A stretch of 64,000 bases of DNA from the sequence record NC_010821.1, one strand, 5' to 3'. The position numbers were made by a program, and so were the translations under genes. Below, in pieces: positions 1-8,355 of this stretch (its first letter is position 1; each line of letters starts with the position of its first letter). The notes under the pieces were generated by a model. That model was not told the DNA's origin. It searched no databases and saw only the letters and a program-made list of their open reading frames with translations.

Positions 1-2
1 TA

Positions 3-758
3 ATGGATTCTGTAAACGATTTGTTGTCCGATCCACTTAAGGGCACTAAACGCGCGCAAGGCGTACTGTGTTATTTGTTCCGTGAAGCATTGTTGTGGCG
101 TAAGATGAACCGCTTTACTTGGGGTCGTCTTCAAAACAACTATTTCTTGAAACCCCATAATCAGGTTAAACCTGATAAAGGTAACTTGAATAAAGTGCTG
201 ATCGCAGATGACATGAACTGGCAGGCTTTCTGCAAAGCTATTGACTTCCTCAATCCACACAAAGCGTATCTTGATATCAAGCTACACTGGAAAGATGGTA
301 GTACTAGCGACTATCGGGTTGTAGTAGACCCGACTGATCCAGAAGACAAACCAACTGCCAACGAATTCCACTGGACAGATTGTGAAATCTTTAAGCGTGC
401 AAAAGATCCATCTTTGTTGATGGCTCATCTGTACCGTCACATCGCAGCCAGTGAAGGCTCTAAACACCCTGACCAACTCGTTTGGTGGGAAAAGCTGTTT
501 GAAGATTATACCAAGAACCCGGCTAACGTCGTAGGTATGACTCAGACTGAGATAAACAAGAACGTTCAAGGCTTGAAGCGATCCATCGTCGATCCGCGTT
601 TGAGCTGGAACGGGTTTCGTAAAGGACTGCATCTGCTTCGCCCTAAAGCGGAGGAGTACACCTTAACACTACAATGGGCGGATAACCCTGAGTTGCGTAA
701 GACTCTACCCGATTCAATTCATCCGATCTATATCGCTGATCCTTATTTCGTGGAGTGA
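3..758 (+). CDS. hypothetical protein with two internally repeated halves
   Basis: 251-aa ORF; both halves share the pattern LF/YR..W..L..Y..(P.N)..L.K..(M/L).W..F.K..(F/L)L.P....L.W. Confidence 0.75.
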   Translation: MDSVNDLLSDPLKGTKRAQGVLCYLFREALLWRKMNRFTWGRLQNNYFLKPHNQVKPDKGNLNKVLIADDMNWQAFCKAIDFLNPHKAYLDIKLHWKDGSTSDYRVVVDPTDPEDKPTANEFHWTDCEIFKRAKDPSLLMAHLYRHIAASEGSKHPDQLVWWEKLFEDYTKNPANVVGMTQTEINKNVQGLKRSIVDPRLSWNGFRKGLHLLRPKAEEYTLTLQWADNPELRKTLPDSIHPIYIADPYFVE

Positions 759-761
759 CAT

Positions 762-1298
762 ATGGTCGATACACAACGAGCTGATGCGGTATTGGAAACG
801 GTTAAAACAAGCCTTAGAGCTGGCGAGCGGTTTTTGCTTTACCTTGCGTTTGTTAACGGTAAAACAAAACCACCCAAATATCACAACGGTCATATGAGAT
901 CGCTGGCTCAGCGTGGACTTATTGAACTACTTCCCACCGGTGAATACAAACTGACTTTGGCGGGCGTAGACACATACACCCAGATTTATCTGAACGACGT
1001 AAAGATTGGCGCACGGGATGAAGTTACGACAATCAACTACTTCCGCTGTCACTTCAGTGAAAGATTGCGCGAGGGTTTCGAGGGACCAGTGATCGTATGC
1101 AGTAATGAGGGTGTAATCAATTACACCAAAATGCTCCAGATCACAGAACACCTGAGTCTTAGTCCACGTACGGTTGAATGTGACTACGCCGTGCTGGATT
1201 TCATTGACGAATACACGGGTGAGTCACATGATCTTTATCCGGGTGACACCGTGGTAATGAACAGTGACGGTTACGTAATCCACAAGTTCTCGGAGTGA
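762..1298 (+). CDS. hypothetical protein, possible N-terminal winged-helix
   Basis: 178-aa ORF 3 nt after the previous stop; LAQRGLIELLPTGEYKLTLAG resembles a wHTH wing. Confidence 0.7.
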   Translation: MVDTQRADAVLETVKTSLRAGERFLLYLAFVNGKTKPPKYHNGHMRSLAQRGLIELLPTGEYKLTLAGVDTYTQIYLNDVKIGARDEVTTINYFRCHFSERLREGFEGPVIVCSNEGVINYTKMLQITEHLSLSPRTVECDYAVLDFIDEYTGESHDLYPGDTVVMNSDGYVIHKFSE

Positions 1299-1300
1299 TA

Positions 1301-1678
1301 ATGAGCGTACTTGATCTGTCTGATCCAACAACCTGCCCAAAACAGTTTGACTTCGGCTTCGAGTACCCTAAATCTACATTGACGGGAATTACGTTCCTGT
1401 CATATGAGGGTCTTAGAGCTTACATCATCACAGGTTCAAAACACAACGAGTACTTACAAGGGAACATCGCTTACGCTAACCAGAACTACAAAGCTGATTA
1501 CATCTACGTGCCAGCTTTGAAGGAACTCATGGAATCGACGCTACGTATTGAAATTGCGAAGTATCCTTTCTTGGGTTTGAAGTATGGACCTAAGACTGAG
1601 GTTATCTGGTCTAAGATCGGAATCACTCCCGCTCAACAAGAGTGGGTTGAAACAGTACGGAAGGTACTGTCGAAATAA
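1301..1678 (+). CDS. hypothetical protein
   Basis: ORF from 1295 (GTG); ATG at 1301 follows the upstream stop. Confidence 0.7.
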   Translation: MSVLDLSDPTTCPKQFDFGFEYPKSTLTGITFLSYEGLRAYIITGSKHNEYLQGNIAYANQNYKADYIYVPALKELMESTLRIEIAKYPFLGLKYGPKTEVIWSKIGITPAQQEWVETVRKVLSK

Positions 1679-1744
1679 AGTAGTAAATCCAAAATAGCCG
1701 CCTGACCAATTCCGTTCAGGCGCTTAACTTAAAAGGTAGTACAT

Positions 1745-2638
1745 ATGAACGTTAAAGAAGAAACCCTCAAGTTGCAAGTCCTGACCACTAAAGCTCTGGC
1801 ATGGATCAATACTAAAGCGATCAAAGAAGAACGGGTCACCATCCAACAACTAGCACAGTCTCTACGTGTATCAGTTGCAAAAGCAAAGGAGATCGTAGGA
1901 TTCCTGATGCGCGGCCCAGGTGATAATGATCGTCTTGCCAACACATACCAGATCTTCGTTCAGGGGAATCAAATTCCAGATTGGATGAGGCCACATTTGT
2001 CGGGTGTGGCGATTGCTGCTATTCTTCGCACTGCCCGAAATCAGAACACCACCATCGTGTACCGCGATGTTCACCGTAAGATCCTCGCTGAAGCATATGG
2101 TGACACTTTCAAAGGATATCTGACAAGCCGTTACAACCATGCCGCGAACGCTATCGCTGATGCTCTTGACCGTTCAGGCATAGATAAGAAAGTATTCGAA
2201 GCAAAGGTTGATGACTACCCTCAACTCCGTCAACTGAACAATCCCGACTGGCACGTCCGGTCGCCGATGGGTGGTGGTTCTGGACTTAACATCACCTACA
2301 CAGCGGTGGAAGGCACAGAGATCTCACTACACTTCGGCTCTCTTCGATTCGAAACGATTGAAGCTGCAATGTACAATGTAATGCCAGAGCTTGTTCATTC
2401 TAAGCACGGTCGTTCAGACCACATGCCCGAAGAACTGGACGCTAAGCTCGATCAAGTCCGTAAGCTGATCTCCAACATGCAAGATCAAGGCTATGGATTT
2501 GTTCGTATGAGTCGACATTTCTCGATGAGTAAGAATCGCACCCATTATACCACGATTGTGTTCACCATGAACGATGACCTAGGTCTGACTGTTCGTGTTG
2601 TTCTCCCATGGGCTAATGTGATGTTTGACGAGGCATAA
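1745..2638 (+). CDS. hypothetical protein
   Basis: 297-aa ORF with AAGG upstream, followed by a terminator. Confidence 0.75.
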   Translation: MNVKEETLKLQVLTTKALAWINTKAIKEERVTIQQLAQSLRVSVAKAKEIVGFLMRGPGDNDRLANTYQIFVQGNQIPDWMRPHLSGVAIAAILRTARNQNTTIVYRDVHRKILAEAYGDTFKGYLTSRYNHAANAIADALDRSGIDKKVFEAKVDDYPQLRQLNNPDWHVRSPMGGGSGLNITYTAVEGTEISLHFGSLRFETIEAAMYNVMPELVHSKHGRSDHMPEELDAKLDQVRKLISNMQDQGYGFVRMSRHFSMSKNRTHYTTIVFTMNDDLGLTVRVVLPWANVMFDEA

Positions 2639-2643
2639 TAGAG

Positions 2644-2667
2644 TGGGGTACTTCGGTACCCCATTTT
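2644..2667 (+). terminator. intrinsic terminator, UUCG loop
   Basis: tggggtac-ttcg-gtacccca followed by tttt. Confidence 0.75.
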
Positions 2668-2694
2668 ATGACATTTCTTTTTTGGGTGATTTCA

Positions 2695-3822
2695 ATGTTG
2701 AACTTAGCTAATGCCTCTTTTACGGGCGTACCTAATGACACGGTCAAGAAGATCGATGTACTGGGCGACGTTGGGGATGAACTACAGAACAGTTTAGTTT
2801 CAAAAGTATCTGCATTCGATACTAACCTTGACGGTATCATTACCAGTTCCCTTAAGTCGATTAAAGGGATTGGGGACGCAATACTTAATACGGGACTCGA
2901 TCTTCCATCAGCCCGTGACCGGATCAAAGAAGCCCTAGGTGGTTCACGTTATGCTATATCAGAAATCTCTGAGGTATTGGAACGTGGTATCACTGGCGAC
3001 ATGACCGGTATTGATGAAGGTACAGGTTACGTACGTGGTGCTAACACCATGATCGACAACGTTAAGCTGGTAATGAATGGCGTTGACCGTACGTTCAACC
3101 AATCGGGCTATAAGAACGTTTCCGGTGTAATGGGATTCATCCGTGATCTCACAGGCAACCAACTGATCCAGTCGTTTGACTTGGGTGCTGAGGCTGCTCT
3201 GATCAAAGGGGTTATTACCGAGGTTAGTAAATGGGGTGTACCTGAACTCATCGATGAAACCTTTGGAGCTAAATGGAACGAGGACACTAAGTCTTATAAC
3301 TACGACTACAGTGACGAGTTTAGATTCAGCGTAACCAAGCGTGCATCTGATTCTATTTCACCTTCGACTAATCTAGCGGTTATCCAGACCCTTATTACCC
3401 ACGGCGGCGATAAAGCATTGGTCGCTGAAAACCCACAATTCCCAACTCAATTGTTGAATGGTTACGTGATTCCAGATGGCTGTATCCAAGGTGGCCCTTA
3501 TCCAGTAGACCCAGCTGATCCATACGGTGCACAGACAGTACCTAACTATCGGCATCAAGGTTATTCCTTAATCAAGATCCTAGACACACTTGACCCTACT
3601 TGGTTTAAGGTAGAACGGACTTATCATACCGGACAAGACGATATACCGTTTGCTAAAGACACTGTATGGCGATTAGAGTACCTTCAGACCGCCTCAGATG
3701 GCGCTAAGACGGTTTTATCTACAGATGCTGACCTACGTGACGCTTTACTCGCAGCGCCGTTCTATCGCGTTGAATCGGGCGTTAATCTACTTAAGTCAAT
3801 GTACCCTTATATTGTTCTTTAA
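2695..3822 (+). CDS. probable virion structural protein (phiKZ-like)
   Basis: ORF open from 2668, but that ATG abuts the terminator so 2695 is preferred; flanked by terminators; structural role inferred from location and composition. Confidence 0.55.
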   Translation: MLNLANASFTGVPNDTVKKIDVLGDVGDELQNSLVSKVSAFDTNLDGIITSSLKSIKGIGDAILNTGLDLPSARDRIKEALGGSRYAISEISEVLERGITGDMTGIDEGTGYVRGANTMIDNVKLVMNGVDRTFNQSGYKNVSGVMGFIRDLTGNQLIQSFDLGAEAALIKGVITEVSKWGVPELIDETFGAKWNEDTKSYNYDYSDEFRFSVTKRASDSISPSTNLAVIQTLITHGGDKALVAENPQFPTQLLNGYVIPDGCIQGGPYPVDPADPYGAQTVPNYRHQGYSLIKILDTLDPTWFKVERTYHTGQDDIPFAKDTVWRLEYLQTASDGAKTVLSTDADLRDALLAAPFYRVESGVNLLKSMYPYIVL

Positions 3823-3827
3823 TATGG

Positions 3828-3843
3828 CCTCCCTTCGGGGAGG
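3828..3843 (+). terminator. hairpin terminator, UUCG loop
   Basis: cctccc-ttcg-gggagg right after the stop. Confidence 0.65.
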
Positions 3844-3854
3844 TTATATGCCGC

Positions 3855-3885
3855 ATTATTAGAAGCCTTTTAAAGAGTATATTAC
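3855..3885 (+). promoter_or_regulatory. early (virion-RNAP) promoter, copy 1 of a 31-bp exact repeat
   Basis: attattagaagccttttaaagagtatattac ends in TATATTAC, the phiKZ early promoter motif; identical at 41500-41530. Confidence 0.7.
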
Positions 3886-3994
3886 TGTTGTGAATTAACA
3901 CCCTTCTATCAACCAAAGGAGTACTTAATATGGGACCTTAAGTTAGAAGAACTACCTACTCAAACATGTCAGTTAACTAAAAGAGGTATTTGTC

Positions 3995-4111
3995 ATGAGC
4001 GTTAAACTGCGTTGGCAAGTTGCTGCAATTGTGGCGGTAGGTTCGACCATTCAAACTATGGCCGTTCTCTACGTTGTTAGAAAGGCACCCAATATCTGGG
4101 TGGATGTGTAA
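3995..4111 (+). CDS. small hydrophobic peptide (38 aa), absent from the ORF track
   Basis: AGAGG RBS; MSVKLRWQVAAIVAVGSTIQTMAVLYVVRKAPNIWVDV. Confidence 0.55.
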   Translation: MSVKLRWQVAAIVAVGSTIQTMAVLYVVRKAPNIWVDV

Positions 4112-4140
4112 TCGCGTTACGGATTACGCTTTAACTAACC

Positions 4141-4175
4141 AACCACGACCCTTGCATGATGTAGGGGTCGTGGTT
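4141..4175 (+). other. 15-bp intergenic RNA hairpin
   Basis: aaccacgacccttgc-atgat-gtaggggtcgtggtt; no U tract. Confidence 0.6.
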
Positions 4176-4190
4176 CATGAGTAATGTGCC

Positions 4191-4967
4191 ATGGAAAGAA
4201 TATATGTAAAACACTACATCCTCGCAACCTACGGCAACACCTCTGCTTCCGACTACCGAGTGAACGCAATGAACGAGTTGGTTCACCGTTATGAGGTTGT
4301 AACGGAACGAATCACCAAAGCTCTTTTGGCGAACGGGATCGAAAACCCAGAGGCGTTGATCACCTATAGCTTTCGTATGCTTGGAGACCACCATGATGAT
4401 GTATTTCATCGCAGGGAAATGGTTGAAGTGGACTTCAAAGCGCTCAAGGAAGATAGTTCGAGTTTTCCGTGGGAAAGCTGGGGGTGGGTGCAGGCATTCC
4501 AACCGCTCGTCGATGTCGCTGGGTTCACTATCGTCGAGATCGATTCGGAATATCAATCGTTTGGGCCAGAAGCTACACCGGAAGTTGACTACATCCAACC
4601 AGTCTATCGGATCTACGAAAAAGGTAGGCCCGAATACGTCAAAGGCGGCTTTACTAGTTCGCGCAATAGACGGGCTGGGGATAATCCTAAAGGGTTTTAT
4701 GAAGAGGTAATTAAACCCTGCGGGAAGCTGTTAAAAGAAAACGTTGCCTCCGTGGTAGCTGTGACCGGTACCATCGTTTCGGTTGTTGTACTCTGGCGTG
4801 CATCGCAGACAATGGTTCACGACCTTGAAGAGAAGCAGGCTGAAGCTAGCCAGGTTCTCCACTATATTGAGGAGATGGTGTCGGATGTAATCGATATGCC
4901 TCAGATAGTGAAGGTCGAGTTTCCAGACGACAGTGAAACGGTTGGGGTTGGTCGTCGGACCTGGTAA
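4191..4967 (+). CDS. hypothetical protein with one C-terminal-half TM segment
   Basis: 258-aa ORF; VASVVAVTGTIVSVVVLW hydrophobic stretch. Confidence 0.75.
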   Translation: MERIYVKHYILATYGNTSASDYRVNAMNELVHRYEVVTERITKALLANGIENPEALITYSFRMLGDHHDDVFHRREMVEVDFKALKEDSSSFPWESWGWVQAFQPLVDVAGFTIVEIDSEYQSFGPEATPEVDYIQPVYRIYEKGRPEYVKGGFTSSRNRRAGDNPKGFYEEVIKPCGKLLKENVASVVAVTGTIVSVVVLWRASQTMVHDLEEKQAEASQVLHYIEEMVSDVIDMPQIVKVEFPDDSETVGVGRRTW

Positions 4968-4973
4968 ACAATT

Positions 4974-4997
4974 ATGCTCCCTCGAAAGGGGGAGCAT
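4974..4997 (+). terminator. hairpin terminator, GAAA loop
   Basis: atgctccctc-gaaa-gggggagcat followed by ttt. Confidence 0.6.
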
Positions 4998-5018
4998 TTT
5001 CTAACAATGGAGTATAAC

Positions 5019-5243
5019 ATGGAATTCTTCCATACCCTCCCTTTCGTGTACCAGTCACTGATTGTCCTCACATTAATCGTGGGTGCGATGAAACTCGGTG
5101 TTAACGAAATGGTGATGTGGCTATTTTCGGCATTCGGTAATCGGGGAATTCTCTTTGGAGCAATTCTTCTGATCGTTCTGTACCTAGCTTTCTTATGTGC
5201 AGTAGTTGCTTCCATCTGCTACTTCTTTTACTCGATCTGGTGA
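5019..5243 (+). CDS. small membrane protein (2 TM)
   Basis: ORF open from 4974; GGAG at 5009-5012 favours the 5019 start; hydrophobic. Confidence 0.65.
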   Translation: MEFFHTLPFVYQSLIVLTLIVGAMKLGVNEMVMWLFSAFGNRGILFGAILLIVLYLAFLCAVVASICYFFYSIW

Positions 5244-5246
5244 TAC

Positions 5247-5486
5247 ATGGAAATCGTTGAAGCTATACAAAACCTCGAAATGACCTACCGAATTGCGATC
5301 TTCTGTTTGTTGGTGTCTCTGGGGATGTTCGCCACCCGTGACTACATCAACGAACTGCTTACTCGTTGGGGTGGAGCTGTCGAGTTTTATCTCGATAGTT
5401 TCTTGGGTACAGTCCTTTTTGCATCTTGGATTGGTACCGCAATTGGGGTGATCCGTTTCGGTGTTCAAATAGTCTTTGGAGTCTAA
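5247..5486 (+). CDS. small membrane protein (2 TM)
   Basis: 79-aa hydrophobic ORF. Confidence 0.65.
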   Translation: MEIVEAIQNLEMTYRIAIFCLLVSLGMFATRDYINELLTRWGGAVEFYLDSFLGTVLFASWIGTAIGVIRFGVQIVFGV

Positions 5487-5875
5487 TGATGGATACGCTA
5501 CTTGACAATTTTGTTAAGGCTCAACTGCAACCAGTAATGAATGCCTACTCGTGCTGGCTCGGTCCAGAGTTTCATTCCAAGCGTACCCCTATTGAAGGTG
5601 GTGTCGATAATCTGATCACCTACTCGATGGATAAAGGTGCGAAGTCATATATCCATTGGATGGTGTGGAATGTCCACACTGACGACGGCGCTTTCAAAAT
5701 TCGCGTTGAATGGGCTATGCATGAATGCCATACGCTGGAGTTCATCCGTCCTGAAGACGCAACCTTCGATCAATGTCAGGAAGTTGTCGCATTGGTACTG
5801 AAAGACATCTACGAACAGTTGATGGCTTATACTGAACGCGAAGGCTGGCCTAGTGAAAACATGCAAATCTGCTAG
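5486..5875 (+). CDS. hypothetical protein
   Basis: ORF open from 5426; TAATG overlap favours 5486. Confidence 0.65.
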   Translation: MMDTLLDNFVKAQLQPVMNAYSCWLGPEFHSKRTPIEGGVDNLITYSMDKGAKSYIHWMVWNVHTDDGAFKIRVEWAMHECHTLEFIRPEDATFDQCQEVVALVLKDIYEQLMAYTEREGWPSENMQIC

Positions 5876-5888
5876 GGTTAAACAAAAC

Positions 5889-6320
5889 ATGAATAACGAA
5901 AATTACAAAAAGCTGGTACTGACTCTTCTGCACTCCTACACTCTTGCTATTCGCGCAGCGCATCCACGTGAAGCGGATAAGGAGCTTTACCATCGGTTGA
6001 TCGATACCACCAACCTGACCGGACACAAGTTGTTCGAGAAACGTTCGGATCATCGTCACTTCATTGCGACTGTACAGTTCGCAGATGGCCCTCAGCGGAT
6101 CATGACGGTGTACCACAACTCCAACACCGGAAAGCTCGATGTGGATATCGACAATCCGTTGGTTGGTGAAAACATTGAGGATGCATTTGAGGACATCATG
6201 ATGATCCTCATCCAGGTATTGCAAATGGCTGCCGGTGTAACTATCTCTGAAAGCATGGCGGGTGTTCGAAGCCATACTTCTGAGATCGCTGTAGCCATCG
6301 CTAAGATGGGCACGCGTTAA
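5889..6320 (+). CDS. hypothetical protein
   Basis: ORF open from 5853; in-frame ATG at 5889 after the previous stop. Confidence 0.65.
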   Translation: MNNENYKKLVLTLLHSYTLAIRAAHPREADKELYHRLIDTTNLTGHKLFEKRSDHRHFIATVQFADGPQRIMTVYHNSNTGKLDVDIDNPLVGENIEDAFEDIMMILIQVLQMAAGVTISESMAGVRSHTSEIAVAIAKMGTR

Positions 6321-6332
6321 GACGACATAAAA

Positions 6333-6352
6333 GCCAGTCCTTCGGGACTGGC
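6333..6352. terminator. probably bidirectional terminator between convergent genes
   Basis: gccagtcc-ttcg-ggactggc. Confidence 0.75.
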
Positions 6353-6374
6353 AATTATGCTTTTCTTTTTTGTT

Positions 6375-7292
6375 TCAACGCAACCAGTTAGGCTTACGAA
6401 TACCTTTAGCACGATCCCAGCCCAGTGTAGTGATCAGCTCACTTACGTCGTGGGTAGCAGATTCAAGACCCAGGCCAGTACGGCGCCTGGCTTCGTCCTG
6501 CATGCGCCACAGTGTATCTGGCGTAATGACCCGTTCTGGTTTGCATTCAGCCTCAGTGAAGCCCTCAAGAGCTGGAGAACTGTATTTGTTGGCAGTAAAG
6601 ATACCGCCTTCACCTACGAAGTCCCAAGTCGAGATTTCACGAGTATACTTAACACCACGATACGGATCATCTTGAGTGATGGAACGCACGGAGCAATAAG
6701 TGTTAATGCTTGGGTTATCGAGTGAGTCTTTAAAGACCTGTGCAAAAGGACCGTATGGCTTAGCCTCAGCTACAACCATAGTTACAGCCTTACCTTCTTC
6801 ATTGCGACCTGGCATCAGAGTCAGGTTACGAATGTGTGCACATACCCGGTTGTCATCAATCTGACGAATACGAGTGAGATACTCAGTATCAGACATTGGC
6901 TTACGAACTACACGACCATCGATCAAAAGATCAGTGAACGGTTCAGGGTGTTTGAATTCCATGAACAGAACGCCTTTCTTCAACCGACGCATCAATGAGC
7001 TATTAGGCTCGAACATCGCTCGACCAGAAGCTTCATCGTAGAACATACCAGCTGAGTTGTTAGTGCCATAGCTACCAACAACCAGCGTGTAGTATCCATC
7101 AGCCGAAGCTGGTAAGATACCACGTTTATTAGTGCCAGCCAACATAGCGCAGCCTACGGTAACCGCTGCGTTAGAGGTTGGAACCTGACCCATGGGATTA
7201 GGGACTGTACGCCCCACAACAACACCACTCAGATTCATAAGAACATTCCGATTAAGTACGGAGCAATTCCTCGATGAGTTCAACTGTTTCAC
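6375..7292 (-). CDS. prohead (head maturation) serine protease, phiKZ gp175 / SPN3US gp245-like; true start probably 7238 or 7193
   Basis: EFKHP (His) and CSVRS (Ser) motifs, DGYYTLVVG; C-terminal ALE/GLE self-cleavage-like motifs; synteny with the vRNAP block. Confidence 0.75.
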   Translation of the reverse strand: MKQLNSSRNCSVLNRNVLMNLSGVVVGRTVPNPMGQVPTSNAAVTVGCAMLAGTNKRGILPASADGYYTLVVGSYGTNNSAGMFYDEASGRAMFEPNSSLMRRLKKGVLFMEFKHPEPFTDLLIDGRVVRKPMSDTEYLTRIRQIDDNRVCAHIRNLTLMPGRNEEGKAVTMVVAEAKPYGPFAQVFKDSLDNPSINTYCSVRSITQDDPYRGVKYTREISTWDFVGEGGIFTANKYSSPALEGFTEAECKPERVITPDTLWRMQDEARRRTGLGLESATHDVSELITTLGWDRAKGIRKPNWLR

Positions 7293-7971
7293 TAGGGTTA
7301 ACCAGTGCAGAGTTGATACCCTCGGTGTAATATGCGCCGTTGAGTTTAGAAGTCGTATCGGAGGTGTTCCAAATAACAGATCGGAATGGTACTGTAACTG
7401 GAGGTTTAGTCAGTACGTCTTCCGGCCTTGCTAGGATGTGCCGATACAGCCGATTCATATCATCGGGATCTCGAGCGATAGTAGAGATAATTAATTCAAT
7501 TACCGACCGGCCACCCAAGTTAACTCCAGCGTGTTCTTCAGCTGTGTCGAACATGTTTGCAATGTCGAAATAGTTCATGTACCAAGGGATATTACCCTTA
7601 GCGATAAACTGGTCGTACATGTAGTAAGTCAGGGTGTCAGTCACAACCAGTGCAGTCGTATAGATAACTGTGTCACCTGCCTCAAATTGGAATTCGATAT
7701 AAGGTTCGTCTTTTATGACTACCTTTTCGGTAGAGCTAGGAGAGATCCGCATCATAGCGATTGTCTTGTTTACAGCGTATCGGTCACCCATGATGATCGG
7801 GAAGAAACCGAAAATAAAAACCTCACTGCCAATGACAGCGAGGTTCTTAGCGGTAAAGGACTCAGGGATCTGAATCCGACAAGGTTCGCTACAGACTACC
7901 GATCCAGACTCCGTTCGATGCAAACGTGCTTTGACGTATTCAGCATCTCGTTTGAGTTGGAAGATATCCAT
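7252..7971 (-). CDS. probable virion RNA polymerase beta' C-terminal subunit (SPN3US gp244 / phiKZ gp176-like)
   Basis: 239 aa immediately upstream of the protease; size and position match the recalled orthologue; no motif verified. Confidence 0.55.
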   Translation of the reverse strand: MDIFQLKRDAEYVKARLHRTESGSVVCSEPCRIQIPESFTAKNLAVIGSEVFIFGFFPIIMGDRYAVNKTIAMMRISPSSTEKVVIKDEPYIEFQFEAGDTVIYTTALVVTDTLTYYMYDQFIAKGNIPWYMNYFDIANMFDTAEEHAGVNLGGRSVIELIISTIARDPDDMNRLYRHILARPEDVLTKPPVTVPFRSVIWNTSDTTSKLNGAYYTEGINSALVNPSETVELIEELLRT

Positions 7972-8002
7972 GGGTTAACCTCTTACATTTTTTTGGTAGC
8001 TT

Positions 8003-8299
8003 TTAATTCTGCGGTCGAGTCATGGCAGCAAAACCAGCAAGCGGGTCACCGAACAATTTAGTTAGGCTGGTGCTATACTTGTCTTTCCGCGCACGTTCTT
8101 CGGCCATCAAAGGAGAACCCTGATGGATATCTTGCAAGCGTGCTACCCGTTCAGGTAATGACAATGTTTCATCAATACCCATCTCATTGCACTCTCTAGC
8201 AACTCGCGCTGCCGCATCATAAGCTTCTTGCTTGGTGAAGTACTGTGGTCCAGCTTTCTTCATGGTGGTCTCAATAGATTCACCCCGCCGCTCTTGCAA
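8003..8299 (-). CDS. hypothetical protein
   Basis: 98-aa ORF in the - strand operon. Confidence 0.6.
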   Translation of the reverse strand: MQERRGESIETTMKKAGPQYFTKQEAYDAAARVARECNEMGIDETLSLPERVARLQDIHQGSPLMAEERARKDKYSTSLTKLFGDPLAGFAAMTRPQN

Positions 8300-8355
8300 G
8301 CGATCGAGGCGTCTCTTTAGTTCTTCAGGTCCCCATGCTTCTGATGAAGGCTGGC

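Noticed and set aside
6357-6725. + strand ORFs opposite the protease 3' end
   Set aside because: They start inside the terminator region and overlap the protease antisense; no support.
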